Positions 1 to 9,191 of a stretch of DNA of 64,000 nucleotides are shown here, in pieces. Origin of the DNA: a virus; IMG/VR virus record IMGVR_UViG_3300032288_004815, positions 1 to 64,000 of that record. One strand, written 5' to 3'. Each line of letters starts with the position of its first letter. Position 1 is the stretch's first letter. The notes under the pieces are model-generated. The model saw nothing but the letters and a program-made list of their open reading frames with translations. It did not search any database and was not told the DNA's origin. Position numbers and translations under genes: made by a program.

Positions 1-1
1 A

Positions 2-184
2 ACACAGGACGCTAGTAAAAATATTTTCCCAGTGGGTATAATAATCGGTGGAGAAGAACTGCACAACAATCATCATTTGAATCCTGCCAGTGTAAAACTC
101 AGTAAAAAATGGTTTGAATTTGATATTGGGTGGTTTTGGTTGTCGGTGTTGCGTTTTTGCAACTTAGCCAAACTTAATAGATAA
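2..184 (+). CDS. Fatty acid (acyl-CoA, delta-9 type) desaturase, 3' end only
   Basis: Frame 2 reads ...GIIIGGEELHNNHHLNPASVKLSKKWFEFDIGW...LNR*; GEELHNNHH is the third His box of membrane desaturases; not in ORF track because the 5' end is outside the window. Confidence 0.85.
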   Translation, partial: TQDASKNIFPVGIIIGGEELHNNHHLNPASVKLSKKWFEFDIGWFWLSVLRFCNLAKLNR

Positions 185-227
185 TATAATAAATAACGGT
201 TTTCCCAAATTTTCTTCTAAAAAATTC

Positions 228-256
228 TTGCATTTAATTACCAATTGTGCTATAAT
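228..256 (+). promoter_or_regulatory. sigma70-type early promoter
   Basis: TTGCAT-N17-TATAAT with extended -10 TG. Confidence 0.75.
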
Positions 257-284
257 ATGGTTATAGCAACAAGTTTTTTCAGCA

Positions 285-632
285 ATGAAATTCTATCAAG
301 AAACCACCAAGTATGATGGTAACTATGCCAATGGCATTTATCTTTTGGACGACCGAAAGACTTTGATGTATGCTTATGTGTCCCCCGGAACCAAAACTCC
401 CAAAGAATTTAAATCACCAATCAGAATTGACACCAGGGGAAGAACATTTATAGAAGTTAAAAACACTTGGAATTTTAAAATTTCCAAAGAAGTCACCGTG
501 AATCCTCGCTGGGAAGTTAAAGGCAGCAAAGGGGATGTTTATGTTGTGGAGCAAACAGAACAAGGGCTAACTTGTAGTTGCACAGGATTTAAATTTAGGG
601 GTAACTGCAAGCATTTATCTATGATTCCGTGA
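285..632 (+). CDS. SWIM zinc-finger protein
   Basis: C-terminal CSC-x8-CKH after V.GSKGDVY.V. Confidence 0.75.
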   Translation: MKFYQETTKYDGNYANGIYLLDDRKTLMYAYVSPGTKTPKEFKSPIRIDTRGRTFIEVKNTWNFKISKEVTVNPRWEVKGSKGDVYVVEQTEQGLTCSCTGFKFRGNCKHLSMIP

Positions 633-658
633 TAAATAATTTAAACGGGATAATTCAA

Positions 659-1048
659 ATGCCTTATAAAATCACCAGTACTACAACAAAACCAAATCTT
701 TCTGTGCCAAATTTTGATGTTTGGTTAACTACAGTGCCTCAGTCTGTACTTGATCCTTTCCCCGATGCTGCTGGCAAAACACCAGCACAGGTAATTGATG
801 AATCTGTAGCGCAATTAGATGATACAGCAAAAGGCTTTATCAGCCAAGGAGCTGTGCCTGACCAAGACGATCTAGTATGGACTTGGGAAAGTGTTTGGGT
901 TGACAAAGCAGCTTGGACTAATGCAGCAGCAAAAAGTTCTTATATAGATGGCAATGCAAATGTTGGACGAACCGCAGGTAGTTTTCTTAGACAGTTATAC
1001 ATGACAGAAAACAACATTACAGTTACCACTTTCGAATCGAACATTTGA
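659..1048 (+). CDS. Hypothetical protein
   Basis: Open frame; ATG at 659 (MPYK) downstream of a TAAATA motif is the likelier start. Confidence 0.6.
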   Translation: MPYKITSTTTKPNLSVPNFDVWLTTVPQSVLDPFPDAAGKTPAQVIDESVAQLDDTAKGFISQGAVPDQDDLVWTWESVWVDKAAWTNAAAKSSYIDGNANVGRTAGSFLRQLYMTENNITVTTFESNI

Positions 1049-1073
1049 CAAAAAAAACATTCACTGCTAAAAT
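1045..1073 (+). promoter_or_regulatory. sigma70-type early promoter
   Basis: TTGACA-N17-TAAAAT with extended -10 TG, upstream of ligase. Confidence 0.75.
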
Positions 1074-1105
1074 AACATTGTGTCCAATAAATCAATGTTA
1101 TTTTT

Positions 1106-2425
1106 ATGACCGATCCTTGTTTTCAAGTAATTCGTGACCTAGAGCGTCACAGCAGCAGGCTCAACAAAGAGGCAATCATTCTTGCTCAGGCCCAGCAGGA
1201 AAATAATGAATTTTTTGAGGGTTGCAGACTAGCACTGGACAGCACTGTGACCTTTGGTCTTAAACAAATACCGGAGAAAAAAGATGCGGATGGTGCTGGT
1301 TTATCTTGGAATAGTTTTACTGTCATTGTCGCTGGTTTGGTTAATCGCCAACTCACCGGTAACCTTGCAAGGGATACAGTTGTTGAAATGATGCAATCAG
1401 CCACCAAGGCTGAGTGGAATGACTGGTATCGCAGAATTCTTATCAAAGATCTGCGTTGCGGTGTCAGCGAAAAAACCATTAATAATGTAGTGGCAAAACA
1501 ATACAAACATTATCAAGTGCCTGTGTTCAGTTGTCAGCTGGCTCATGACAGCCAAAATCATGAATCTAAGGTAACTGGCACAAAAAGAATCGAAGTAAAG
1601 TTGGATGGTGTTAGAGTAATTACTATTGTTTATCCTGATGGCCGTGTGGACCAGTTTAGCCGCAACGGCAAAGAACTGGTCAACTTTGAACACATAAAAC
1701 AACAGTTAAGTTTGAATGCCAGTACTTTTAAAGAACCTATGGTACTAGACGGCGAAGTAATGAGCAGTAGTTTTCAAGACTTGATGAAACAAGTGCATCG
1801 TAAAAGCAATGTCAAAGCCAACGATGCTGTGCTTTGGTTGTTTGATATCTTGCCTTTAAAAGATTTTGAGCAAGGTCTTTGCAAACTCAAACAACGGGAT
1901 CGCAGTGCTTGGCTTAACAGTTGGTATGACAGTAATCTAATTCGCAGCATGGCTAATGTGAGGTGTTTGGATCACGCTGAAGTGGACCTTGACACTGACG
2001 ATGGACAAAGGTTATATGCCATGTATAACAAAAGTGCCATTGAAAACGGCTACGAAGGTATCATGCTCAAAGACTTGAATGCGCCTTATGAATGTAAACG
2101 CACCGCCAGTTGGTTGAAACAAAAACCATTTATCGAAGTGTCTTTGGCCGTAACAGCAGTAGAAGAAGGCACAGGAAGAAATCAGGGTAAACTAGGAGCA
2201 TTTATTTGCGAAGGCAAAGATGACGGAAAAAACATTCGTGTTAATGTAGGCAGTGGCTTTACTGACAGTGACCGTGATAGTTATTGGTCTGCTAAATCTA
2301 AAGTTATCGGACAAATTGTGGAAGTCCGTGCTGATGCAGTTACACAAAATCAGGATGGCAGTTATTCGTTGCGTTTTCCGCGTTTCCTCAAATTCCGTGG
2401 CTTTGAAGTGGGCGAGAAAATTTAA
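1106..2425 (+). CDS. ATP-dependent DNA ligase
   Basis: Motif I EVKLDGVR, LDGE, FDIL, EGIMLK, WLKQKP, OB-fold VGSGF and SLRFPRF. Confidence 0.95.
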   Translation: MTDPCFQVIRDLERHSSRLNKEAIILAQAQQENNEFFEGCRLALDSTVTFGLKQIPEKKDADGAGLSWNSFTVIVAGLVNRQLTGNLARDTVVEMMQSATKAEWNDWYRRILIKDLRCGVSEKTINNVVAKQYKHYQVPVFSCQLAHDSQNHESKVTGTKRIEVKLDGVRVITIVYPDGRVDQFSRNGKELVNFEHIKQQLSLNASTFKEPMVLDGEVMSSSFQDLMKQVHRKSNVKANDAVLWLFDILPLKDFEQGLCKLKQRDRSAWLNSWYDSNLIRSMANVRCLDHAEVDLDTDDGQRLYAMYNKSAIENGYEGIMLKDLNAPYECKRTASWLKQKPFIEVSLAVTAVEEGTGRNQGKLGAFICEGKDDGKNIRVNVGSGFTDSDRDSYWSAKSKVIGQIVEVRADAVTQNQDGSYSLRFPRFLKFRGFEVGEKI

Positions 2426-2426
2426 C

Positions 2427-2660
2427 ATGGAAAAACAAGCAATTAAAGAACTAATGTACGGTGGCATTAACGAACTTTTGCAGAACCGTCGATTCTACTA
2501 TCAAAGTAGCGTTGGTAAAAATTACGATCACTGGACCGACGAAGGTAAAAGTGCTATAACAGAGTTTGTAAACCAAATTTCACATCTCATATTAGATGCG
2601 GAGGCAGTTGAGTTTGATCGGCGTGCTAAACAACAAACTTTTCAAGCATTAAAATCATAG
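2427..2660 (+). CDS. Hypothetical protein
   Basis: ATG immediately after ligase stop (MEKQAIK). Confidence 0.6.
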   Translation: MEKQAIKELMYGGINELLQNRRFYYQSSVGKNYDHWTDEGKSAITEFVNQISHLILDAEAVEFDRRAKQQTFQALKS

Positions 2661-2664
2661 GGTC

Positions 2665-2693
2665 TTGATTTTAAATTCACAACACTGTATAAT
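2665..2693 (+). promoter_or_regulatory. sigma70-type early promoter
   Basis: TTGATT-N17-TATAAT. Confidence 0.65.
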
Positions 2694-2723
2694 TGCACTA
2701 ACTTTTCTTAATGGAGAAATTAC

Positions 2724-3236
2724 ATGCTGACTCTTAAAGAATGGATGGAAGTGATTGACTATCGCATCACTGAAGGCAGTGATTACTGTTGGACTTGCTT
2801 TGGCAACAAGCCTTATACTTTATCCTCATGGAACGGAGATCATGATGGATACAGTTTCAATATTACATTTGATACTGGAACTCAAGAAGTCTATATGGTT
2901 GAGAGCTGTGACTACAAACACAACAGAGCATATCGTTTAATTAATCCCGATTGGGTAAAAGCTTATAACGATTATGCTGATCGTGAAAATCCAGAATACA
3001 AAAATGTTGCCTGGGACAATGTCGACTATGTTGATCTTGAAGTTGATGACGATTGGATCCAGAAAGCTTTAGCCATTAAAGCAGGCGAAAACTACGACAC
3101 TCGTGTCAGCGTTCCAGTTGACTTTACCGATGAAGAACTATTTAAGTACATGAAAATGGCACATGAACACGATATGTCTTTGAATCAGTTCATAGAACAG
3201 GCTCTGCGTAAAGTCATTGAGCAGGAGGTACAATGA
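2724..3236 (+). CDS. Hypothetical protein, possible C-terminal ribbon-helix-helix-like segment
   Basis: GGAG SD; C-term MAHEHDMSLNQFIEQALR. Confidence 0.6.
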   Translation: MLTLKEWMEVIDYRITEGSDYCWTCFGNKPYTLSSWNGDHDGYSFNITFDTGTQEVYMVESCDYKHNRAYRLINPDWVKAYNDYADRENPEYKNVAWDNVDYVDLEVDDDWIQKALAIKAGENYDTRVSVPVDFTDEELFKYMKMAHEHDMSLNQFIEQALRKVIEQEVQ

Positions 3237-3475
3237 CAGATCCTATGCGTGAAGCATTTGAGACTATTACATATTTGACATTGAATATTGCGGGTAGTTG
3301 TACAGGTCATGGTCTACGCCGTAAGCTCAATGGAGAGTATGTCAGTGACCTATTAGAAGATCATTGGAATACTTTTCAAGAAGGCTGGGAAGAAGCTGTT
3401 AAATATCTACAGAATAATCAAAACGATAATTATACCGACATTGTCAGCAACGGCGGTATGGACCCAAGAAATTAA
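3233..3475 (+). CDS. Hypothetical protein
   Basis: GGAGG SD, overlaps stop of previous gene. Confidence 0.6.
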   Translation: MTDPMREAFETITYLTLNIAGSCTGHGLRRKLNGEYVSDLLEDHWNTFQEGWEEAVKYLQNNQNDNYTDIVSNGGMDPRN

Positions 3476-3476
3476 A

Positions 3477-3851
3477 ATGAAAGTACAAGAGGATCAGTTT
3501 ATATATGAGTGGTTCAGCGGCACCGGCAAAGGAGGACAGCACCGTAACAAGCATCAAAATTGTTGTCGCTGTATACATGAACCAACTGGTATTACCGCCA
3601 ACGGCACAAACAGTCGTAGCCGCGAAGACAACCGGCGGCAAGCCTATATCACTTGTTTAAGCAGAGTCCAAGCGTACTTTCACAAAGACAAAGAAAGGAA
3701 TCTTGCTGGTAATGAACGGATCAGAACTTATCACGAACCTGACAATAGAGTGGTGGATCATGCCAGCAATTATGTTGACACCTATACTAATGTAGTCATA
3801 AAAGGTGATATGGAAAAGGTAATTGAACAACGAGCAAAAGCAGTTAGATAA
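3477..3851 (+). CDS. Short class I peptide chain release factor-like protein (GGQ domain only)
   Basis: GTGKGGQHRNK, HEPTGI, SRSREDNR, ERIRTY..DNRVVDH; no PxT/SPF codon-reading domain. Confidence 0.85.
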   Translation: MKVQEDQFIYEWFSGTGKGGQHRNKHQNCCRCIHEPTGITANGTNSRSREDNRRQAYITCLSRVQAYFHKDKERNLAGNERIRTYHEPDNRVVDHASNYVDTYTNVVIKGDMEKVIEQRAKAVR

Positions 3852-4060
3852 TGAAAGAAGAACGCGAACATATTGGCTATATCGAGCGCGAAGAAGGGTT
3901 TTACAAACTCTATGCTCCGCTGAAAGGTTCTATTGTGACTCATGCTTTCATTCTCTGTAAGTATTGCAACGGTGCCATCTATCACTGCATGGGTCCAAAA
4001 TATGATGCAGTATGTAAGCCCTGTTTTGAAAGTGCTGAACGGCGTGAAGGATATCTATGA
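3851..4060 (+). CDS. Small Cys-rich hypothetical protein
   Basis: CKYC...CKPC; coupled TAATG start. Confidence 0.55.
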   Translation: MKEEREHIGYIEREEGFYKLYAPLKGSIVTHAFILCKYCNGAIYHCMGPKYDAVCKPCFESAERREGYL

Positions 4061-4269
4061 ATGAACAAATTATACAGGATTTAGTAATTAAGGCAAGAGA
4101 ACTTGCTGTTAGCGCTACGCCTGACAATGGAAAGTGTTTTGACTTAGATGTATTCCACAATAAATTTGCTGAGTTGATTGTTAGGAAATGTATAAAACTT
4201 TGTGACCAGGTTGATATAGTGGGCGCTGACGAATGTATTGATAATGTTCGAAATTATTTTGGGGTCTAA
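4057..4269 (+). CDS. Hypothetical protein (MNE...KFAELIV family)
   Basis: Coupled start; shares termini with 4433 and 25542 ORFs. Confidence 0.6.
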   Translation: MNEQIIQDLVIKARELAVSATPDNGKCFDLDVFHNKFAELIVRKCIKLCDQVDIVGADECIDNVRNYFGV

Positions 4270-4271
4270 AA

Positions 4272-4433
4272 ATGAAAGAAATTGATATTGAACAATACTG
4301 CGATGGCTGGACCGTCAAAGTTGATGGAATAAGTTTTAGTTGGAACCATAATGATGAAGACATGGGAACTGAGGGTATCAAAGCACTGTTAGAATATCTC
4401 GGGCATGATGTAGAGATTGAGGAATGTTACTAA
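4272..4433 (+). CDS. Small acidic hypothetical protein
   Basis: 53-aa ORF MKEIDIEQYCDG...IEECY filling the gap; TAATG-coupled to next gene. Confidence 0.55.
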   Translation: MKEIDIEQYCDGWTVKVDGISFSWNHNDEDMGTEGIKALLEYLGHDVEIEECY

Positions 4434-4690
4434 TGAACGAACGAATTAAAAAACTCTATAACCAATCGCTTGAGGAAAAGTATCAATATGGTGGAAGTGA
4501 TGCTAAACCTGGCGAGATGTATAGCAATTATATAACGGTGTTGAATCCTGAAAAGTTCGCCAAGTTGATTGTAGAGGAATGTAGGACGGTTGTAACTGAG
4601 GTGTATCGTAAGACTCCTTTAGAATTATGTGGTCCTTTGCTTACAGCCGATGAAAAGATTGAAGAACATTTTTACGGAGTTGAAGAATGA
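4433..4690 (+). CDS. Hypothetical protein (MNE...KFAKLIV family)
   Basis: MNERIKKL...EKFAKLIVEEC...EHFYGVEE. Confidence 0.6.
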   Translation: MNERIKKLYNQSLEEKYQYGGSDAKPGEMYSNYITVLNPEKFAKLIVEECRTVVTEVYRKTPLELCGPLLTADEKIEEHFYGVEE

Positions 4691-4860
4691 GAGATAAAAT
4701 TTTTGAATGGTTAGGACGCAATCAACAAAAGATTGCTTATATTGGTGGAACCTGTGGGCTGCTGGCAGCTTTAGGTTACGCATTGCAAGGCAATTATGGT
4801 TTTGCAGCACTTTGGGCAGTTGTTGGCGGTATGATATTTATTGACACCCGAAGGCTGTAA
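4687..4860 (+). CDS. Small membrane protein
   Basis: 57-aa ORF with two hydrophobic segments, ATGA overlap with previous gene. Confidence 0.55.
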   Translation: MRDKIFEWLGRNQQKIAYIGGTCGLLAALGYALQGNYGFAALWAVVGGMIFIDTRRL

Positions 4861-4882
4861 ATTAAACTGCAATGAGATATGC

Positions 4883-5302
4883 ATGATTCAAAAAATTAAA
4901 AATGTAGATACACTAGGCAATGCTTTGGTCAGTATATTTCATAAACTGGCCTTATTTGGTATCGGAGCAGCCACCGTCTGGGCCGCAGCATGGGAGTTCA
5001 ATGAATTACTGCAAAAACATCATGCCTCGGTCAGTGATCTATTGTTGTTGTTCATTTATCTAGAAATTGGTGCCATGGTTGGTATCTATTTCAAGACCAA
5101 TCATATGCCAGTTAGATTTTTGCTGTACATTGCAATTACGGCACTAACTCGTCACATGGTGGATATCATGAGTCACTTGCCCATTAATATCCTGGAGATG
5201 TTAGCAGTGGCAGGGTCAACATTTGTTATTGCCGTAAGTGTGCTTATTGTGCGATATACCAGTGCTCGATTCCCCAGTGACCGCAAGGACGATGTTGTAT
5301 AA
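4883..5302 (+). CDS. psiE: Phosphate-starvation-inducible PsiE family membrane protein
   Basis: DLLLLFIYLEIGAMVGIYFKTNHMPVRFLLYIAITALTR signature; 4 hydrophobic helices. Confidence 0.85.
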   Translation: MIQKIKNVDTLGNALVSIFHKLALFGIGAATVWAAAWEFNELLQKHHASVSDLLLLFIYLEIGAMVGIYFKTNHMPVRFLLYIAITALTRHMVDIMSHLPINILEMLAVAGSTFVIAVSVLIVRYTSARFPSDRKDDVV

Positions 5303-5330
5303 GATATTATCCAAAATACTGACAAACAGC

Positions 5331-5927
5331 ATGACACCAATTGTAAATCAAAACATAACAATTACAGGCACTACCAGAGGGATTGGTAAATGCTTGTTGC
5401 ATCGTTTAGAATCTGCAAATCGAATAATTGAATTAAATCGGCCCGAATTCAATTTAGAAAAAATCCAAGACATGCAAAATATCAGTTTTAAGTACACAGA
5501 TATTTTGATATTAAATGCTGGATCTTTGGGCATTGGAAAATGTCTATTCAGTGAACACTATCAAGAAGACTGGATTCGGATCATTCAAGCAAATTTAGTT
5601 GGCAATTTATTTTTAATTCAAAAATATATAAGACAACGAGATTCGGGTTTGATAGTAGTTCTAAGCAGTATGCGAGCAGCAAAATTTACCGACGACGCAT
5701 TGGTTTACAGTGCAGCTAAAACAGCACTTAGCATGTCTGTAAGAAATTTGCGTTTAGAACTGAAAAAACAAAATAAAAACATAAGGCTGTTAGATGTAAA
5801 ACCAAGTTTTACCAAGGCAGACTCAAGCCCTGATCCACAAGATAGAAAAGTTTCTACTTATGATCAAGTAGCAGATGGCATTGTTGCTGCTATGACTAAC
5901 AGTCAAATTGAAGAATTACGATTTTAA
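5331..5927 (+). CDS. Short-chain dehydrogenase/reductase
   Basis: TGTTRGIG, ILNAG, SS, YSAAK. Confidence 0.85.
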   Translation: MTPIVNQNITITGTTRGIGKCLLHRLESANRIIELNRPEFNLEKIQDMQNISFKYTDILILNAGSLGIGKCLFSEHYQEDWIRIIQANLVGNLFLIQKYIRQRDSGLIVVLSSMRAAKFTDDALVYSAAKTALSMSVRNLRLELKKQNKNIRLLDVKPSFTKADSSPDPQDRKVSTYDQVADGIVAAMTNSQIEELRF

Positions 5928-5948
5928 ATAAACTTGGAGAGTCATAAT

Positions 5949-6236
5949 ATGTTACCCGATAATTGGACAGAATTAACAGTGGACCAACGCAACGGTTGGC
6001 TGCGACAGGCTCTTAAGGATGATCTTAACATTACATTTACTAAAGTAGACGGAACCCAAAGATCCATGCCCTGTACTCTAAGAGCTGAAGCACTGCCACC
6101 GCAGACTTTAACAGAGCATCACAAAACTCGTGTGTTCAAACCTGAAACACTGTCGGTTTGGTGTTTGGACAAAAAAGAATGGCGCAGCTTTCGAGTCATG
6201 AATGTTATTTCGGTTAAGAAACTTGATACAGTATAA
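5949..6236 (+). CDS. WYL-like/SH3-fold phage protein
   Basis: FTKVDGTQRSMPCTL...WCLDKKEWRSFR; GGAG SD. Confidence 0.65.
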   Translation: MLPDNWTELTVDQRNGWLRQALKDDLNITFTKVDGTQRSMPCTLRAEALPPQTLTEHHKTRVFKPETLSVWCLDKKEWRSFRVMNVISVKKLDTV

Positions 6237-6245
6237 CCAATAAAA

Positions 6246-6274
6246 TTGACCCCTTGGTATTTTTTGCTTATAAT
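6246..6274 (+). promoter_or_regulatory. sigma70-type early promoter
   Basis: TTGACC-N17-TATAAT. Confidence 0.7.
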
Positions 6275-6321
6275 AGACCGTAACTGCTAGTAAGCAGTAA
6301 CTTTTAAAAGGAAATTAAATT

Positions 6322-6582
6322 ATGTTTACAAAAGAATCTAAAACTCAACGCCTTCTAAATGCTTTGCAAAATGGTGAAGCAATGACCGCTAGCCAAATCA
6401 GCAAGCGTTTCAGCATTGGCAATCCCCGTGCTGAAGTCAGCCGCATTCGTCACGCTGGCTTTGCCGTTTACGCTAATCAGCGTAAAGCTGGCAACGGTGT
6501 TCGCGTTACCGAGTATCGTTTGGGCAAGCCCAGCCGTGCTCTTGTAGCTGCTGGCTACCGTGCAATGGCTCTAGGCCTGTGA
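6322..6582 (+). CDS. Small winged HTH DNA-binding protein
   Basis: LLNALQNGEAMTASQISKRFSIGNPRAEVSRIR; own promoter, SD and terminator. Confidence 0.65.
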   Translation: MFTKESKTQRLLNALQNGEAMTASQISKRFSIGNPRAEVSRIRHAGFAVYANQRKAGNGVRVTEYRLGKPSRALVAAGYRAMALGL

Positions 6583-6598
6583 TACTGTAAGTATCTTC

Positions 6599-6624
6599 AA
6601 AAAGGCACTTCGGTGCCTTTTTTT
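6599..6624 (+). terminator. Rho-independent terminator
   Basis: AAAAAGGCAC-TTCG-GTGCCTTTTTTT. Confidence 0.9.
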
Positions 6625-6645
6625 ATTCAATAAATAGATTATTCT

Positions 6646-7485
6646 ATGAAATTTTCTGTAATCAGCGATCTGCATCTAGAATTTTCAGATTTGGAACTAC
6701 CTGGCGGAGAAGTTTTAATTCTGTCAGGTGATGTCTGTGAGGCCAAACATGTTCATGCTGAATATGATATCAACAACATCATGAATCCCGGCGGGCCTGC
6801 TGACGGTAATTTTAAGCGGTCAGATCGTTACACACGATTTTTTCATGAAGAGTGCAGCAAATATGACCGAGTAATTTATGTTATGGGTAATCATGAACAC
6901 TACGGCGGCCGTTTTGATAAAACTTATCAGCATCTTACCAGTGTGCTGCCTAAAAAAGTTGAATTACTGGAAAAGACCTACACTGAAATTGACGATGTTG
7001 TTGTAATTGGCGCTACACTATGGACTGACTGCAATCGCGGTGATCCGATTACTATGATGACTTTGAAAAATGGCATGAATGATTATCGTGTGGTTCAAAA
7101 TTTTTATAAACAACAAGATCTGTACTATAAACTTACACCCCAAGTTACAGCAGAAGATCACATGTGGGCCAAAGATTTTATCACAACAACTGCCAAAAAA
7201 TTTGCTAACAGGCCTGTGGTTGTGGTCACGCATCACAGCCCCAGTAGACTCAGCACCAAACCCCGTTATGAAAAAGATTTTCATATGAATGGTGGGTACA
7301 GCAGTAGTTTGGAAGATTTAATTTTGGACAATCCAAATATTAAATATTGGACACACGGACACACACACGATACCTTTCAATACGAAATAGGTCAGTGTAC
7401 GGTGATCTGTAACCCCAGGGGTTATGTTGGTTATGAAGAAAGACCAAAAAGCTTTGACCCTACAGTGGGTTTTGTGCTACAATAA
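6646..7485 (+). CDS. Calcineurin-like metallophosphoesterase
   Basis: SDLH, GD, GNHE, THH, HGHTH, NPRGY. Confidence 0.9.
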   Translation: MKFSVISDLHLEFSDLELPGGEVLILSGDVCEAKHVHAEYDINNIMNPGGPADGNFKRSDRYTRFFHEECSKYDRVIYVMGNHEHYGGRFDKTYQHLTSVLPKKVELLEKTYTEIDDVVVIGATLWTDCNRGDPITMMTLKNGMNDYRVVQNFYKQQDLYYKLTPQVTAEDHMWAKDFITTTAKKFANRPVVVVTHHSPSRLSTKPRYEKDFHMNGGYSSSLEDLILDNPNIKYWTHGHTHDTFQYEIGQCTVICNPRGYVGYEERPKSFDPTVGFVLQ

Positions 7486-7490
7486 ACTAT

Positions 7491-7565
7491 CTGGCGTTAG
7501 TATAACGGATAATACAGCGGCCTTCTAAGCCGTCAATAGAGGTTCGATTCCTCTACGCCGGACCA
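7491..7565 (+). tRNA. tRNA-Arg (anticodon UCU)
   Basis: Acceptor CTGGCGT/ACGCCGG, D stem GTAT/ATAC, anticodon arm GCGGC-CTTCTAA-GCCGT, T arm AGAGG-TTCGATT-CCTCT, encoded ACCA end. Confidence 0.95.
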
Positions 7566-7628
7566 AGATTACTTTTATTTTACTCATTGAAATACTAGTA
7601 AATATAACTTTATAAGGAAACTTCTCTA

Positions 7629-8615
7629 ATGAAAAAAACTATAATTGCACTATTAGCCAGTGCGGGATTTGTGGCAGCGGTTCAGGCTCAAGTTACAATT
7701 TCTGGCCAATTTGATGTTGGTTTGATCAACCCCATCGGCGCTCAAAAAACTCGTGTTGATCAATCTGCCAATGGTATGAATCAAATTGTATTCAGTGGCT
7801 CTGAAGATTTGGGTGGGGGCCTTCGCGCTACATTCCGTCTAGCACAAAGATTCAGTCCTGAATCAGGTGCTGCGGATGGAACTTCTGGCAACCGTCCAAT
7901 GTTTCAAGGTGAATCTACAGTTGGTTTAGCTGGTGGCTTTGGTGCTCTAAGATTAGGTCGTGCTGTGACAGCCTTCCAAGGACCTATTAATGACACTGAT
8001 CCATGGGGAACTGCACAGGCAGCAAGCTTGGCCGTATTGACCACTGGTTATGCTACTGCTGCAGATTTTAATTCAGGTTCTGGATCTGGAGCAGGCCGCA
8101 CTGATGGTATATTTTATGTTAGTCCAAAAATTGGTGGTTTTACTGCATCTATGACTTATGGTTTGAAAGACAGCCAGGTAACAGGCACAACTACCACTGG
8201 CAGTAACAGCCTTACCAGTTATTGGTTAGCTTACAACCAAGGTGCTGTTACAGCGGGTGTGGGTATGGAAGAAAACCGCGACGGTGATAAAATCCGCGCA
8301 GTTTTAGCCAGTTATAATCTTGGTTTTGTTCGGGTAGGTACTACTTACGCAGTATTAAATCCTGTTGCTTCTTCCGTTGATCGTAAAAGCTACAATGTAA
8401 GTGCTGTTATGCCCATTGGCAAACTAGTGGTTAAAACAGGTATCGGCCAAAGCAAAGCTGACAATGCTGTAGCCAGTGTAAAGAAAACTGGTCTCGGTGT
8501 TGATTATGTTTTGAGCAAGCGTACATTGATCTACACTAGTATGGCTCGTGATACCGGCAGTGCCATTACAGGCGCAAAAACAGGTTATGATGTTGGTATT
8601 AGACATAGCTTCTAA
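7629..8615 (+). CDS. Outer-membrane porin (betaproteobacterial general porin type)
   Basis: Signal peptide AVQA, FSGSEDLGGGLRATF, VGLAGGFGALRLGR, DYVLSKRTLIY, C-terminal GIRHSF. Confidence 0.9.
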   Translation: MKKTIIALLASAGFVAAVQAQVTISGQFDVGLINPIGAQKTRVDQSANGMNQIVFSGSEDLGGGLRATFRLAQRFSPESGAADGTSGNRPMFQGESTVGLAGGFGALRLGRAVTAFQGPINDTDPWGTAQAASLAVLTTGYATAADFNSGSGSGAGRTDGIFYVSPKIGGFTASMTYGLKDSQVTGTTTTGSNSLTSYWLAYNQGAVTAGVGMEENRDGDKIRAVLASYNLGFVRVGTTYAVLNPVASSVDRKSYNVSAVMPIGKLVVKTGIGQSKADNAVASVKKTGLGVDYVLSKRTLIYTSMARDTGSAITGAKTGYDVGIRHSF

Positions 8616-8640
8616 TAGTAATTTAGAATCTTAATAACCG

Positions 8641-8663
8641 CCCCGCACCTGTGCGGGGTTTTT
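8641..8663 (+). terminator. Rho-independent terminator
   Basis: CCCCGCA-CCTG-TGCGGGG-TTTTT. Confidence 0.85.
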
Positions 8664-8677
8664 ATTTGTAAAAATAG

Positions 8678-8706
8678 TTGACAAATTGTTTAAGAATATC
8701 TATACT
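8678..8706 (+). promoter_or_regulatory. sigma70-type early promoter
   Basis: TTGACA-N17-TATACT. Confidence 0.75.
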
Positions 8707-8717
8707 AACACAGTTTT

Positions 8718-9191
8718 ATGATTGATCAATCTAATTCAGCTAAAGGCCGCACAAGTTTTGATGGCAACATTGGCAACGATCTGGTGCATTTTATTAATCG
8801 AAATGTAACGCCTTATGCCACAGAATCTTCAGGGCCAAAATTTGATTTAGTTCCAGTTACTAAACAAAAAGACATAATGGTCAATGCAGCCCGTATGCAT
8901 GCCAAACAAGAATATGACAGGATCATGCAATTGGTTGCTGTGTTGCAACAACAGGCTGCAGACATTAAAAAAAGATTAGACATTACTGATGCAGTACATG
9001 CTGCAAAATATGACTTTCAACTGTATCATGGTCAGTACTATTGGTTAGTATGGGACACTGATAAAAATATAACAAGACTGGTACATAATGGTCCAAATAA
9101 CTGGACCACAGCAGCGCCTAGAAATTATCAATACCTAACTCGCATACAATGGTTAGGAGATCATACATGGAGAGAAGCCAATGACAACTGA
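8718..9191 (+). CDS. Hypothetical protein (DUF2452-like)
   Basis: AKYDFQ..GQYYWL...P..W...GDHTW pattern. Confidence 0.55.
   Translation: MIDQSNSAKGRTSFDGNIGNDLVHFINRNVTPYATESSGPKFDLVPVTKQKDIMVNAARMHAKQEYDRIMQLVAVLQQQAADIKKRLDITDAVHAAKYDFQLYHGQYYWLVWDTDKNITRLVHNGPNNWTTAAPRNYQYLTRIQWLGDHTWREANDN

Noticed and set aside
6283-6298. ACTGCT-AGTA-AGCAGT hairpin as an ncRNA
   Set aside because: Only a 6-bp stem at a transcript 5' end; not enough to call.
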